Shown: positions 20,180-30,136 of the stretch, piece by piece
Layout of the letters: every line of letters starts with the position of its first letter
Position numbering within the stretch: position 1 is the first letter of the stretch
Origin: Thermoanaerobaculia bacterium
Lineage (GTDB): Bacteria; Acidobacteriota; Thermoanaerobaculia; Multivoradales; Multivoraceae
DNA: 64,000 nt
Direction: 5' to 3'
Assembly: GCA_963664405.1 (NCBI GenBank)
Contig: OY761158.1
Coordinates: 5,216,001-5,280,000 of the forward strand
The notes under the pieces: generated by a model
Told to the model about the DNA's origin: nothing
Seen by the model: the letters and a program-made list of their open reading frames with translations, nothing else
Databases searched by the model: none
Position numbers and translations under genes: made by a program

Positions 20180-21186
20180 ATCGGCGGGTGCTGGTGATCG
20201 GGGGCACCGGGCCGACGGGCGTGCCGACGGTCAACAATTTCCTGCGCGCCGGTGACGCAGTCACGGTCTTGCACTCCGGCGCACATCCCGCCGACTTCGA
20301 TGGCGAGGTGGAGCGGATCTTCGGCAACGCGCGCGACGGCGATGACATGCACGCGAAGTTGGGCGGGCGTGAGTGGGACATCGCGCTCTGCATGTACGGC
20401 CGCCTGCGAATGCTCGCCGAGGAGCTCGCCGGCAAGACCACCCGTCTGGTTGCGATCACCGGCCAGCCGGTCTACAAAGGCTCGCAACCCCCGACTCCTG
20501 AGACCAAGATCCCTCTCCCCGTGCCCGAGTTTGCTCCACGCCAGTACGACGCCGCGAACTATACGGGGAAAGTCGCGATCGGCGAGGATCAGCTGTTCAT
20601 GCAGCATGGTCGCGGTGACTTCGAAGTCGTGATTCTTCGCTATCCGGGTGTCTTCGGGCCCCGCGCGCCAATGAACCAGGAGTGGGCCGTGGTGAAGCGG
20701 GTCCTCGACCGGCGACCCTTCATGATCCTGCCTCATGACGGGATGGCCTATTTTCAGCGCGGCTACGTCGACAATCTCGCTCACCTGGTGTTTCTCGCCG
20801 CCACCCGTCCCGAGGCGGCCGGAGAGGCTTTCAATGCCGGTGACGAGCGTGTGCTGAGTGCGCGTCGGGTTGCGGAGATCATTCTCGAGGAGCTGGGCTC
20901 TTCGATGGAGCTCATCGGCGTGCCGGCCCAATTCTGCCGCGGGGTCTTTCCTCTAGCGGAGAAGTCCAACCAGATTCTGGATATGTCGAAGGCGCGCGAT
21001 CTGCTCGGGTACCGCGATGTGGTCGAGGTCGAGGAGGCGACCCGCCGGACGGCACGCTTCTTTTTCGACAACCCTCCGAACGAGGAGGACCTGCGCTCTG
21101 CCGGCAGCGGCGCCTTCGATTACGACAGAGATGAGCAAATCGTCGCGCGCTGGCGCCAAGCTCAGGCTCTGATGGCCGAAGCTTGA
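20176..21186 (+). CDS. NAD-dependent epimerase/dehydratase family protein
   Basis: GGTGPTG Rossmann motif, RYPGVFGP, and GEAFNAGD. Confidence 0.8.
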   Translation: MNRRVLVIGGTGPTGVPTVNNFLRAGDAVTVLHSGAHPADFDGEVERIFGNARDGDDMHAKLGGREWDIALCMYGRLRMLAEELAGKTTRLVAITGQPVYKGSQPPTPETKIPLPVPEFAPRQYDAANYTGKVAIGEDQLFMQHGRGDFEVVILRYPGVFGPRAPMNQEWAVVKRVLDRRPFMILPHDGMAYFQRGYVDNLAHLVFLAATRPEAAGEAFNAGDERVLSARRVAEIILEELGSSMELIGVPAQFCRGVFPLAEKSNQILDMSKARDLLGYRDVVEVEEATRRTARFFFDNPPNEEDLRSAGSGAFDYDRDEQIVARWRQAQALMAEA

Positions 21187-21219
21187 TTGTGACGAACTAC
21201 TGATACAGGACACTAAAAG

Positions 21220-22728
21220 ATGAGTAACGAGAAGACTGCTGACGACACCGCCAATGTCTCTGATGGGCCGTCTCGCCTCGGCGAAGGGACGACCGGGGAG
21301 GGGCACTTCGACACCGGTACCGCGAGCTACCCGTACCGGGTCAGCGCCGACTGGCTCGATCTCATCAACGAAGACCGAGAACCGACGGCGTCAATGTTCT
21401 ACACCTCCTACACCTTGGGCGATTCAGTCGATGCGCAACGACCGCTGACTTTTCTCTTCAACGGCGGTCCTGGCGCCGCCTCCGCCTTTCTGCACCTCGG
21501 CGCCGCGGGACCGTTACGAGTGCGCTTCGAAGATGACGGCACGGTGCCGGCTGGGCCGGTTCAGCTGGTCCCGAATGCCGAGTCTTGGCTGCCGACGACG
21601 GATTTGGTCTGCATCGATCCGGTCGGCGCCGGCTTCAGTCGCGCTCTACCGCCCAAGAAGGGCAAGGATGAGACGGTCTCCGCTGCGCCCGGCGCGGAGT
21701 CGAGAACGAAGAAGGCCGGCGAGGCGTTCTGGGAAGTCGGCAAGGATCTCGAGAGTCTTGCCGCTTTCATCTCCCGATACCTGTCGTTGACCGGGAGGTG
21801 GCTGTCGCCGATCTACCTAGCGGGCGAGAGCTATGGCGGTTACCGCGTAGCGCGGCTCGCCAAGATCTTGCAGGGCTCACGGGGAATCGGTCTTGCGGGA
21901 GTGGTTCTACTCTCGCCGGCGATCGAGTTCGACGGCTTGATGGGGAACGATTACGACCTGACCCACTGGGTCGAGACCTTCCCGGCGATGGCCGCGGCGG
22001 CTCACTGCCATGGCCGTGCCGGTTCGGGTCTCCCGCTCGAGAGTCACTTGGAGGCAGCCGAGGCTTTCGCCGAAGGCGATCTTCTCCGGCTCCTGGTCCG
22101 CGGTGAGGCCCTCGAAGAGGCCGAGCGTGCCCGTATTGTCGAGAGCATGGCTAATCTGATCGGCTTGCCAACAGAGACCATCGCCGCCAAAGGCGGTCGT
22201 ATCGGCCGCGAAGCGTTTTGTCGGGCGCTATTGGCCGACCAGCAGCGCTACCTCGGTCACCACGATGCATCGGTAACCGGTGTCGATCCCTTCCCGGATC
22301 GCGAGACCCACGGTGGCCCCGACCCGGTACTGGACGGGCAATCGCCGCTCTTCACCATGGGCATCAACGCCTATCTTCGAACCACTCTGGGGGTCAAGAC
22401 CGATCTGGAGTACGACCTGCTCAGCATGGTCGCCCATAAGAGTTGGAAACACAGCGAGCCTCACATCTTTGATATGGAGTTGGCGGCGATGGACGATCTG
22501 CGCTACGGAATGGCGCTTAATCCTGCGATGAAGGTGCTGCTCTGTTACGGCTATTACGACCTGGTGACCCCCTACTACGAAGCAAGACGTTTGACTCGCC
22601 TGATGAAGTTGACCGACGAGCAGAAGACCAAGCTCGAGACTCGCTACTTTGTCGGCGGTCATATGTTTTACGCTCGGCACGAGTCGCGGGCGAAGCTTGC
22701 CGAGGTCATTGCTCAGGTTTGCGCCTGA
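21220..22728 (+). CDS. Serine carboxypeptidase, family S10
   Basis: FNGGPG, DPVGAGFS, GESYGG nucleophile motif, GYYDLVTP and GGHMFY. Confidence 0.9.
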   Translation: MSNEKTADDTANVSDGPSRLGEGTTGEGHFDTGTASYPYRVSADWLDLINEDREPTASMFYTSYTLGDSVDAQRPLTFLFNGGPGAASAFLHLGAAGPLRVRFEDDGTVPAGPVQLVPNAESWLPTTDLVCIDPVGAGFSRALPPKKGKDETVSAAPGAESRTKKAGEAFWEVGKDLESLAAFISRYLSLTGRWLSPIYLAGESYGGYRVARLAKILQGSRGIGLAGVVLLSPAIEFDGLMGNDYDLTHWVETFPAMAAAAHCHGRAGSGLPLESHLEAAEAFAEGDLLRLLVRGEALEEAERARIVESMANLIGLPTETIAAKGGRIGREAFCRALLADQQRYLGHHDASVTGVDPFPDRETHGGPDPVLDGQSPLFTMGINAYLRTTLGVKTDLEYDLLSMVAHKSWKHSEPHIFDMELAAMDDLRYGMALNPAMKVLLCYGYYDLVTPYYEARRLTRLMKLTDEQKTKLETRYFVGGHMFYARHESRAKLAEVIAQVCA

Positions 22729-22749
22729 GCTCGGCGAAAGCCGCAGACG

Positions 22750-24441
22750 CTAAAAAGTCTCCTTGCTGTTGATCAGCCATTGGATCTCGCGCTCATCCCC
22801 ATCGAGCGGGTAGGCGACGTCGAAGTGGATCATCGAGCCTTGCGCCGAGCGGCTCGATCCGAGCCTCAGCCCGATACCGACATTACGAAGGGTTCCGCTG
22901 TCGATGGAGGGCACCGGTGCGTCTTCGTACCAGATCCGTCCGGCGTCAAAGAAGACCGCGGCTCCGACGTGAACGAGCTTGAAGAGCTCGAGGTTGGTGT
23001 AGAAGCGCTGCTCGAGGCTCAGCAGGGCACGACGGTCACCGTCGCGATAACGGCGGGGATAGCCGCGCAGGCCGCTGTCGCCACCGAGCAGCAGCTGCCG
23101 TTCGGGATCGAGGTTGCGGGCGGCGTCGACTTGCACGGTGGTGAAGAGCTGGTGGCGGCCGAAAGTGAAGAAGAAGTGGCGCAGGCGGCCGCCTAGAATG
23201 ACGTTCTCTTCGCCGCCCCCACCGAACCTCCCGCCGCCGTAGGCGCTGAATAGCAGAGTGTGTTCTCCGGCGCCGAGAAGACCTCGACTCCAACCGGCGT
23301 CGATAACGGTCTGGTTGGTGTCGGCTCCCCAGGACGGGGAGGAGTAGCCGAGGCGCAGATGCAGCTCCTGGCCGAGGTTGAAGTCTTCGGTGCGGACCAT
23401 CCGGTCGACATTGTTGCGCTCGATGAAGCTGTCTTGGATCCAGTTGAAGCCGATCCAAGGGTAGGCAAGGGTGAGCGGTGAGGGCGGCGCGGTGCCGGGC
23501 GTGTCGAGGGCCAGATCAGGATGGAATGAGCGCTCGTCGAAGGTGAAGCCGAAGAGCCATCGGCGCGACCCTCCTTCACGAAATCCGCGCGAGATGCCAC
23601 CCCGGACTTCGACGTAGGAAGAGTCCTCCACGAAGCGATTGACGACGTCGCCCTGAGAGTAGATCCGGACCAGACCCTCATGGCTGACCAACCGAGTCCC
23701 GCTACTCCAGCGGGTGTCGAGGGAGAAGAAGGGGCGCTCTAGGTCGAGGGTGTGGCGATGGCCGTCGCTACGCTCCGAGTACCTGAGCCGCAGCTCGGCG
23801 CGACTACCGAAGAGTGCGGGGTCGATGAAGCGCAGTCGTCGCTCGGTGCGATCGGGGTCGTCTTGGTACTTGGCTGTGAGGAAGCGGCCGGTGCCGAGGA
23901 AGTTCGAGTCTTCGAGGCCGAACTGGACCGTGTTGGCGCCGCCGCTGCGCGAGAAGCTGGCTCGCGCTCCCAAGGTCCAGACGTCGCGAGTCACGACGCG
24001 GACGTCGACTTTGTCGCCGCGCACCCGCGTCGGCTCGACGCAGGCATCGTAGAGGTAGGGCTGAGAGCGCAGATAGCGCTCGGTCTCCTGGAGAACCCTC
24101 TCGTCGAAGGGCTCACCGGTCTCGAACAGCAGCTTTTGCTCGACGACGGTCGGACGAGTATTGATGTGAAGACGGTTGGCGAGCCGAAAAGGGAGTACGT
24201 TCTGGCCTGATTCTTCGAGGTCGAAGACGTCGAGAACAAGGAGCTCGATCTTGCCGATGACCGCGTCGGCTGGGAGGCCGCTCAGGTCGGGCGGCAGGGT
24301 GTCGCGCTCTCGGCTGAGGCTTTGGCAGAAGCCCGCCGGGTGCTCCTCGGTCGCTGCCAGTGGAGGGCCGGCGCAGAAGAGAACGAGGGGCGCAAGCAAG
24401 AGCAGGCCGCGAGTGGAAGGTGCTCGGTTAGTCGCTCGCAA
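22750..24441 (-). CDS. BamA/TamA (Omp85) family outer-membrane protein
   Basis: Signal peptide, POTRA-like N-terminus (ETERYLR), NFLGTG, GLRGY, FFDAG, and a C-terminal Phe. Confidence 0.8.
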   Translation of the reverse strand: MRATNRAPSTRGLLLLAPLVLFCAGPPLAATEEHPAGFCQSLSRERDTLPPDLSGLPADAVIGKIELLVLDVFDLEESGQNVLPFRLANRLHINTRPTVVEQKLLFETGEPFDERVLQETERYLRSQPYLYDACVEPTRVRGDKVDVRVVTRDVWTLGARASFSRSGGANTVQFGLEDSNFLGTGRFLTAKYQDDPDRTERRLRFIDPALFGSRAELRLRYSERSDGHRHTLDLERPFFSLDTRWSSGTRLVSHEGLVRIYSQGDVVNRFVEDSSYVEVRGGISRGFREGGSRRWLFGFTFDERSFHPDLALDTPGTAPPSPLTLAYPWIGFNWIQDSFIERNNVDRMVRTEDFNLGQELHLRLGYSSPSWGADTNQTVIDAGWSRGLLGAGEHTLLFSAYGGGRFGGGGEENVILGGRLRHFFFTFGRHQLFTTVQVDAARNLDPERQLLLGGDSGLRGYPRRYRDGDRRALLSLEQRFYTNLELFKLVHVGAAVFFDAGRIWYEDAPVPSIDSGTLRNVGIGLRLGSSRSAQGSMIHFDVAYPLDGDEREIQWLINSKETF

Positions 24442-24563
24442 TACGCGATCGTAGCAGCCATGGAAATGATCGCGGCATTGGCTCCGCTGTCGGTCCCTTG
24501 ACGGAGGTTGCCGGAGGACCTAAACTCTCCTCCCTTGCAGTCGGTCTTCGGGACCGATTGTTT

Positions 24564-24678
24564 TCTTATCAAGAGTGGCTGAGGGACTGGCCCGTTGAAG
24601 CCACCGCAACCGCCCGGTACCGCACCGGGAAATGGTGCGAATTCCTGCCCGGTGCTTCGGCGTTCGGGGTAGATAAGG
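24564..24678 (+). ncRNA. SAM-I (S-box) riboswitch
   Basis: CTTATCAAGAG.GG..GAGGGA.TGGCCC...GAA.CC...GCAACC...AAATGGTGC.AATTCC...GATAAG consensus; P1 pairs CTTATC with GATAAG. Confidence 0.92.
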
Positions 24679-24685
24679 AGCGGAA

Positions 24686-26011
24686 ATGCTTCAAGAAAAA
24701 CCTCTCAGCTTCGTTCAAGGCCTTCGCTGCAAGGTTTGCAGCAAGCTTTATCCGATCGAAACTCGGACCCTCTGCCCGGAGGACTTCGGCCCTCTCGAGG
24801 TCGCCTACGACTACGAGGCGATGCGCGGGGTGGTGACCCGCGAGCGAATCGAGGCCGGACCCCGCTCGCTGTGGCGATACCGGGATCTCTTGCCTATCGA
24901 AGGCGAGCCGACGGCCGGGCTGCACTCGGGCTACACCCCGCTGGTGCGTGCGCGCCGGCTGGCGGCCGAGCTTGGGGTCAAGGAGCTCTACCTCAAGGAC
25001 GACAGCGCCAACTACCCGACTTTTTCCTACAAAGATCGAGTGGTCGCGGTGGCGATAAGCAAGGCTGTAGAGCTCGGATTCACCACCGTAGGTTGCGCCT
25101 CGACCGGCAATCTCGCCCACTCGGTGGCCGCTCACGCTGCGCAGGCCGGCCTCGAGGCGGTGGTCCTGATTCCCCACGACCTGGAAGAGGGAAAGATCAT
25201 CGCTACGCAGATGTTCGGTCCGCGGATGATCAAGATCGAGGGCAACTACGACGACGTCAACCGCCTCTGCACTCAGATCGCGGGGGAGTACCCTTTCGCC
25301 CTGGTCAATGTGAATCTGAGGCCCTACTACACCGAAGGAGCCAAAACTCACGGTTTCGAGATCGCGGAGCAACTGGGCTGGGTGCTGCCCCGCCACACCG
25401 TGATCCCTGTCGCCGGCGGCACGATCTTGCCGAAGGTCTGGAAGAGTTATGAAGAGTTCATCGATCTCGGCCTGGTGGAGGATACGAAGCCCCGCATCCA
25501 TGCGGCGCAGGCGGCGGGCTGCGATCCGATCACCAAGGCGATCGTCGATGGCGACGAGGTGTTCCGGCCCCAGAAGCCCGACACGATCGCCAAGAGCCTG
25601 GCAATCGGTAATCCAGCGGACGGGTTCTTCGTCATGGATGTGGTCCGCGACTCCGGCGGTCATGCGGCGTCGGCGAGCGACGACGAGATTCTCGATGCTG
25701 TGGACCTGTTGGCGAGGACCGAGGGCATCTTTACCGAGCCTGCTGGAGGTACGACGCTCGCCTGCACAATTCGCCTGATCGAGTCGGGGAAGATTCCCCG
25801 CGACGAATCGATCTGCGTCTCGATTACGGGCAATGGCCTCAAGACGGCCGAGGTCTTTCGTGGGCGCTTCGCGGCGGCGCCGGTGATTGCACCTCGTCTT
25901 GCGGATTTCGGCCCGGCCTATGCGCTCGCGTCGCAGGCGAAGCCGGCCCCCCGTACAAGCATCTCCGCTGCGGCTAGTCCAGCAGCGGTACTCACTCCCC
26001 ACAGAGTTTGA
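24686..26011 (+). CDS. thrC: Threonine synthase-family PLP enzyme (possibly an O-phosphohomoserine sulfhydrylase)
   Basis: N-terminal CxxC...CPxD, PTFSYKDR (PLP lysine), ASTGN, EGAKT and TGNGLK. Symbol reflects the family only. Confidence 0.8.
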   Translation: MLQEKPLSFVQGLRCKVCSKLYPIETRTLCPEDFGPLEVAYDYEAMRGVVTRERIEAGPRSLWRYRDLLPIEGEPTAGLHSGYTPLVRARRLAAELGVKELYLKDDSANYPTFSYKDRVVAVAISKAVELGFTTVGCASTGNLAHSVAAHAAQAGLEAVVLIPHDLEEGKIIATQMFGPRMIKIEGNYDDVNRLCTQIAGEYPFALVNVNLRPYYTEGAKTHGFEIAEQLGWVLPRHTVIPVAGGTILPKVWKSYEEFIDLGLVEDTKPRIHAAQAAGCDPITKAIVDGDEVFRPQKPDTIAKSLAIGNPADGFFVMDVVRDSGGHAASASDDEILDAVDLLARTEGIFTEPAGGTTLACTIRLIESGKIPRDESICVSITGNGLKTAEVFRGRFAAAPVIAPRLADFGPAYALASQAKPAPRTSISAAASPAAVLTPHRV

Positions 26012-26024
26012 AAGGAGTCTCACG

Positions 26025-26306
26025 ATGGCGAACACGATCAAGGTGCACATTCCCGGTGAGCTGAGGGCGCAGGTGGACAACCAGACGGAGGTCCAGATGG
26101 CGGGCGGATCCGTACGCGAGATCCTCGGTAGCTTGGCTACGGCCTACCCGGTCTTGGGTAAACGTCTCTTTGATGGCGAGGGCCGGCTCAACCGCTTCGT
26201 CAATATCTATCTCAACGACGAGGACATCCGTTTCCTCCAGGATCTGGAGACCGGAACCAACAACGGGGACGAGATCTCGATAGTCCCCGCCATCGCTGGC
26301 GGCTAG
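26025..26306 (+). CDS. MoaD/ThiS family ubiquitin-like sulfur carrier protein
   Basis: 93 aa, FVNIYLNDEDIRFL and C-terminal IVPAIAGG. RBS AAAGGAG. Confidence 0.9.
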   Translation: MANTIKVHIPGELRAQVDNQTEVQMAGGSVREILGSLATAYPVLGKRLFDGEGRLNRFVNIYLNDEDIRFLQDLETGTNNGDEISIVPAIAGG

Positions 26307-26866
26307 CCCGACCGCCCAGGGCACCCCACCTCACCGCGTGCTCGTCGCTCGGCTCCTCCGGCGTACCAGAAGTACGCCTGCGTCGCCTCGCTCCTGCGCT
26401 GCGGCGATCTGGGGCACCCTGAACGGCCGGGCTCCCGGGGACCCGAGAGATTGCCTCTCCGGCCGGCTGGGCGTACAGGAGTACGCCAACGTCGCCTTGC
26501 CCCTGTGCTGCGGCGATCTGGGGCGCCCGACCGCCCAGGGCACCCCACCTCACCGCGTGCTCGTCGCTCGGCTCCTCCGGCGTACCAGAAGTACGCCTGC
26601 GTCGCCTCGCTCCTGCGCTGCGGCGATCTGGGGCACCCTGAACGGCCGGGCTCCCGGGGACCCGAGAGATTGCCTCTCCGGCCGGCTGGGCGTACAGGAG
26701 TACGCCAACGTCGCCTCGCCCCTGTGCTGCGGCGATCTGGGGCGCCCGGCCGCCCAGGGCACCCCACCTCACCGCGTGCTCGTCGCTCGGCTCCTCCGGC
26801 GTACCAGAAGTACGCCTGCGTCGCCTCGCTCCTGCGCTGCGGCGATCTGGGGCACCCTGAACGGCC
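26307..26866. repeat. Tandem array, 219-bp period, about 2.5 copies, each made of two palindromic elements
   Basis: Units start at 26307, 26526 and 26745 and differ by single substitutions. GGCGTAC-N4/5-GTACGCC hairpins occur at 26360, 26470, 26579, 26689 and 26798. Confidence 0.9.
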
Positions 26867-26952
26867 CGGCGCCGACCGCGAGGGCACCCTTGAACGGCCC
26901 GGCGCCGGGCGTCCAGCGGGCGTCCAGCGGGACCCTGAGGGACTGAGGGGCG

Positions 26953-29085
26953 CTACAGGCCCTCGTCCAGGCCGATGCCTTCGAGTGGGAGGGGATGGGG
27001 CTCGGCGGCTGCGCCGTGCTCTATCGATAGCGAGGCGCTGCGCGGGCCGGCCTCGGTCGGTTTGAATCGAAGGCCGACCGTGCAGTCGCTGCTTGGCGCC
27101 AGGTAGGGTGCGCCGGCGCAAGTGCCTGGAACGATCTGGAAGTCTTGTGGATGGTCGCCGGCCAGGCGGATCTCGCCCATCGCAAGGCGACCTTCTCCTT
27201 CGTTGCGGACCACGATCGTGGCGATCTCGCTACGCTCTCCGAGAGGGTGCGAAGCAAAGTGCTGAGTCTCGGGGTCGAGGACGATGCGCGGCAGGCGCGG
27301 GAGAATGCCATCGCCAACTGCTGGGACGACGCTCGGGCTGGTACGGCCGTTGTGGCGAGTGACCAGGGAAGCTACCTTGCGGCCCGCGTCCGAAGGCGCC
27401 ATCTCCAGGACCAGCGTGCATGAGCCTCCGGGTTGCAGCCGCGGCTGCGAGCGACAGCCGTCGACGACGATTCGTAAATCTCGGCTGCCTTCGAGACGCA
27501 GATCGGAGAGACTGAGCTGGGCGGATCCGGTGTTGGTGAGGGTGACGCGTTGACGGCTACGGTCGCCCACCTCCACTTCGCCGAAGCTGACCTGAGCGGT
27601 CGAGATCTCGAGCCGACCTCGAGCCCCGACCCCTTCGAGCTCGAGGGTCGCCGAGATATTTGGGTCGCCGCTCGGTATCTCGATCGTGGCGGTCTGAGGC
27701 CCCTCTTCGAGGGCCTGGAAAGAGACCTCCAGCCGGCACTCTTCTCCTGGCGAGAGGATGGCTTGACTGCAGCCGTCTACGATCATCAGAAACGCGTCTT
27801 GCGCCTGAGTGCTTAGGCGCAAGCTGCCGAGCTCGAGCGCGGCGGAGCCGTCATTGGCCATCACTACTTGTTGCACGCGGCCGCCACTGTGCACCGGCAA
27901 TCGACCGAAGTCGACTCGGGACGGTGAGACCCGAAGACGGGGCTCGATAGCGTTGCCGGTGAGAGCGACGGTTGCCATCGGCTCCGGCGTATCAGAAACG
28001 ATCTGGATGGCGGCGTCCAATTTTCCTTCGGCCGCCGGCGTGAAGCGCACCTGGAGACGGCAGCTCTCTTCGCGCTGGAGCAGAGCTCCATCGCAATTGT
28101 GGAGCTCGAGATCGAAGGAAGCTGCGGGGTCCTCGAGCTGGATATCGGTGATCCGCAGCCCGCCGGTTCCACCGTTTCGAAGGAGCAGCTCCATTTGCTG
28201 AGCCGTGCCCACGCGCGCGGTGGCGAAATCGAGCGCAGTCTCGCTCAGCACCAGGACCGGCTGCGGTGCCACTCCGGAGCCGAGCAGGGTGAGCTCGTGT
28301 GGCGCCCCGGAGGCATCGCTGTCGATTCGAAGCGCGGCTCGACGTGGTCCGGCAGAAGAGGGCGAGAAGACAACCGCCATCTGACAACCTGCATCGGGCT
28401 CGATCGCCAGTCCAGAGCAACCGTCCTGGATCAGAGCGAAATCTTTCGCCGCCGGCCCGACCAGTGTGGGTGCGACGAAGTGGAGAGTTGCCGAACCGCC
28501 GTTCTCTATCCGTAGGGAGTTTGAGTCCGTGGTCTCCCCGAGCAAGATCGATTCGAAGCGAAGCTCTTGTGGGCTTGCGGCCAGAATCGGCTCCGTCGCC
28601 GTGCCCTCAACGAGGAGCCGGAGAGGACTATTGATCGCGGATCCTGTGACGACGAGAACCGCCTCGCGATCTCCGGCCGCTCGAGGAGAGAAGGTCAAGG
28701 ACAAGACGCAGGACTCGTCCCCGGCCAGGGTTGCCTGGGAACAGTTGTCGACGCCGATCGTCAGCTCCTCGGCGTGTGCTCCTTCCAAGGCGACGCTGTC
28801 GATCTCGAGCCGTCGCGTGCCGCCGTTGCGGATCTCGACGGGCCAGTCGGTTGTCGAGTCGCCGACTCGGGTGGGGGGGAGCTCTACGAGCTCCACCTCG
28901 GTCCGAAAGAGTGCGGGTCGTGGCCTTGGCGCCAAATAACCGGCGATCGCTGCTATGACCAGCAATACGACGAGCAGCCAACGCCGACTTTTTGCCGGCT
29001 TGGTAGGAGGGGAGGGCTCGGTCGGCGGCCTCTCGTGCCTGGGCTCACCCGGAAGAGGGAGGTCGAGAAGAGAGTCTTCGGGCAT
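26953..29085 (-). CDS. Membrane-anchored protein with six tandem Ig-like (choice-of-anchor D / ASH-like) domains
   Basis: Pro-rich N-terminus and one TM helix, then six repeats with NxG...L, a Cys pair and F-x-P...G motifs. The start at 29085 avoids overlap with the divergent antiporter. Confidence 0.75.
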   Translation of the reverse strand: MPEDSLLDLPLPGEPRHERPPTEPSPPTKPAKSRRWLLVVLLVIAAIAGYLAPRPRPALFRTEVELVELPPTRVGDSTTDWPVEIRNGGTRRLEIDSVALEGAHAEELTIGVDNCSQATLAGDESCVLSLTFSPRAAGDREAVLVVTGSAINSPLRLLVEGTATEPILAASPQELRFESILLGETTDSNSLRIENGGSATLHFVAPTLVGPAAKDFALIQDGCSGLAIEPDAGCQMAVVFSPSSAGPRRAALRIDSDASGAPHELTLLGSGVAPQPVLVLSETALDFATARVGTAQQMELLLRNGGTGGLRITDIQLEDPAASFDLELHNCDGALLQREESCRLQVRFTPAAEGKLDAAIQIVSDTPEPMATVALTGNAIEPRLRVSPSRVDFGRLPVHSGGRVQQVVMANDGSAALELGSLRLSTQAQDAFLMIVDGCSQAILSPGEECRLEVSFQALEEGPQTATIEIPSGDPNISATLELEGVGARGRLEISTAQVSFGEVEVGDRSRQRVTLTNTGSAQLSLSDLRLEGSRDLRIVVDGCRSQPRLQPGGSCTLVLEMAPSDAGRKVASLVTRHNGRTSPSVVPAVGDGILPRLPRIVLDPETQHFASHPLGERSEIATIVVRNEGEGRLAMGEIRLAGDHPQDFQIVPGTCAGAPYLAPSSDCTVGLRFKPTEAGPRSASLSIEHGAAAEPHPLPLEGIGLDEGL

Positions 29086-29158
29086 GTTCCCACCATTGTA
29101 GTGCTGGTCCTCCGGCTCTGGACCTGCGGCTATACTCTCGCCGGCTGCGTGAACGACA

Positions 29159-30082
29159 GTGGAAGATTTTCTCTTCATCGGCCTCGGCGTGGTCCTGCTC
29201 TACTCTGGCGGCGAAGTGCTCGTCGGCAGTGTGAGCCGGATGGCCACGGCGTTTGGCGTCTCGCCGCTGATAATCGGTCTCACCGTGGTCGCGTTCGGCA
29301 CCTCGAGCCCCGAGATTGCCGTCGCCGTCGGCGCGGCCCTGAGCGGGCAGCCCGATATCGCTCTCGGCAATGTGCTTGGCTCGAACGTGGCCAACCTGGG
29401 CCTCATCCTCGGCCTCTCCGCAGTGATCGCCCCGGTCGAAGCCCACTCCAGTTTTCTACGGCGAGATCTACCGTTCATGCTCGGAGTGGCCGTTTTGCTC
29501 TTGGTGGCGGGCTGGATCGGATTCGGGCGCATTCTCGGTGTTGTTCTGGTCGCTCTCTTGGTTGCCTACCTATGGGTCCTCTTTCGCGACGGCGGCGCGG
29601 CGGACCTCGAAGACGCGGAGGAGGGCTCCGCTGTCGACCGCTGGCTTGGGCCGGCAGGCGCAGTGCTCGGCATCGGCCTGTTGGTTTTCGGCGCCGACGT
29701 TCTCGTCGATTCGGCGGTGGAGGTGGCTCGCGGCCTTGGCGTAAGCGAACGGATCATCGGGCTCACCCTGGTGGCCTTCGGCACCAGCCTGCCCGAGCTG
29801 TCCGGCTGTCTGGTGGCGGCGGCCCAGAACAAGGGCGATCTCATCATCGGTAATATCGCCGGGTCGAACATCTTCAACACCCTGCTGGTCCTGCCTGCCG
29901 CCATCTTCTTGCTGCCAATCGTTGCTGACGCCTCTGATCTCTTCGATGTCGGCGTCGTCATAGGCTTCAGCACGGTCGCCTGTGTTCTGTTCTTTCGCAA
30001 CGGCCGCTTGTCGCGGCGCGGTGGCGCTCTGCTTCTGAGCGCCTATGTTGTGTACGTGGTGTACCTCTTCACCGTTGGTTAG
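29159..30082 (+). CDS. yrbG: Calcium/sodium antiporter (CaCA family)
   Basis: Two alpha-repeats, GTSSPE...GNVLGSN and GTSLPE...GNIAGSN. Confidence 0.88.
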   Translation: MEDFLFIGLGVVLLYSGGEVLVGSVSRMATAFGVSPLIIGLTVVAFGTSSPEIAVAVGAALSGQPDIALGNVLGSNVANLGLILGLSAVIAPVEAHSSFLRRDLPFMLGVAVLLLVAGWIGFGRILGVVLVALLVAYLWVLFRDGGAADLEDAEEGSAVDRWLGPAGAVLGIGLLVFGADVLVDSAVEVARGLGVSERIIGLTLVAFGTSLPELSGCLVAAAQNKGDLIIGNIAGSNIFNTLLVLPAAIFLLPIVADASDLFDVGVVIGFSTVACVLFFRNGRLSRRGGALLLSAYVVYVVYLFTVG

Positions 30083-30136
30083 CCTCTACGGCAGCACTAG
30101 CGGCGCCGCGGACCACCCGAGACGAAGGCCTATGGA

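Noticed and set aside
26307-26866. CRISPR array
   Set aside because: Intervening sequences repeat rather than being unique, units are too long, and no cas genes are present.
26212-27121. Repeat-protein ORFs across the array
   Set aside because: The 219-bp period is a multiple of 3 and GC-rich, so several frames on both strands stay open. The translations are low-complexity with no credible RBS.
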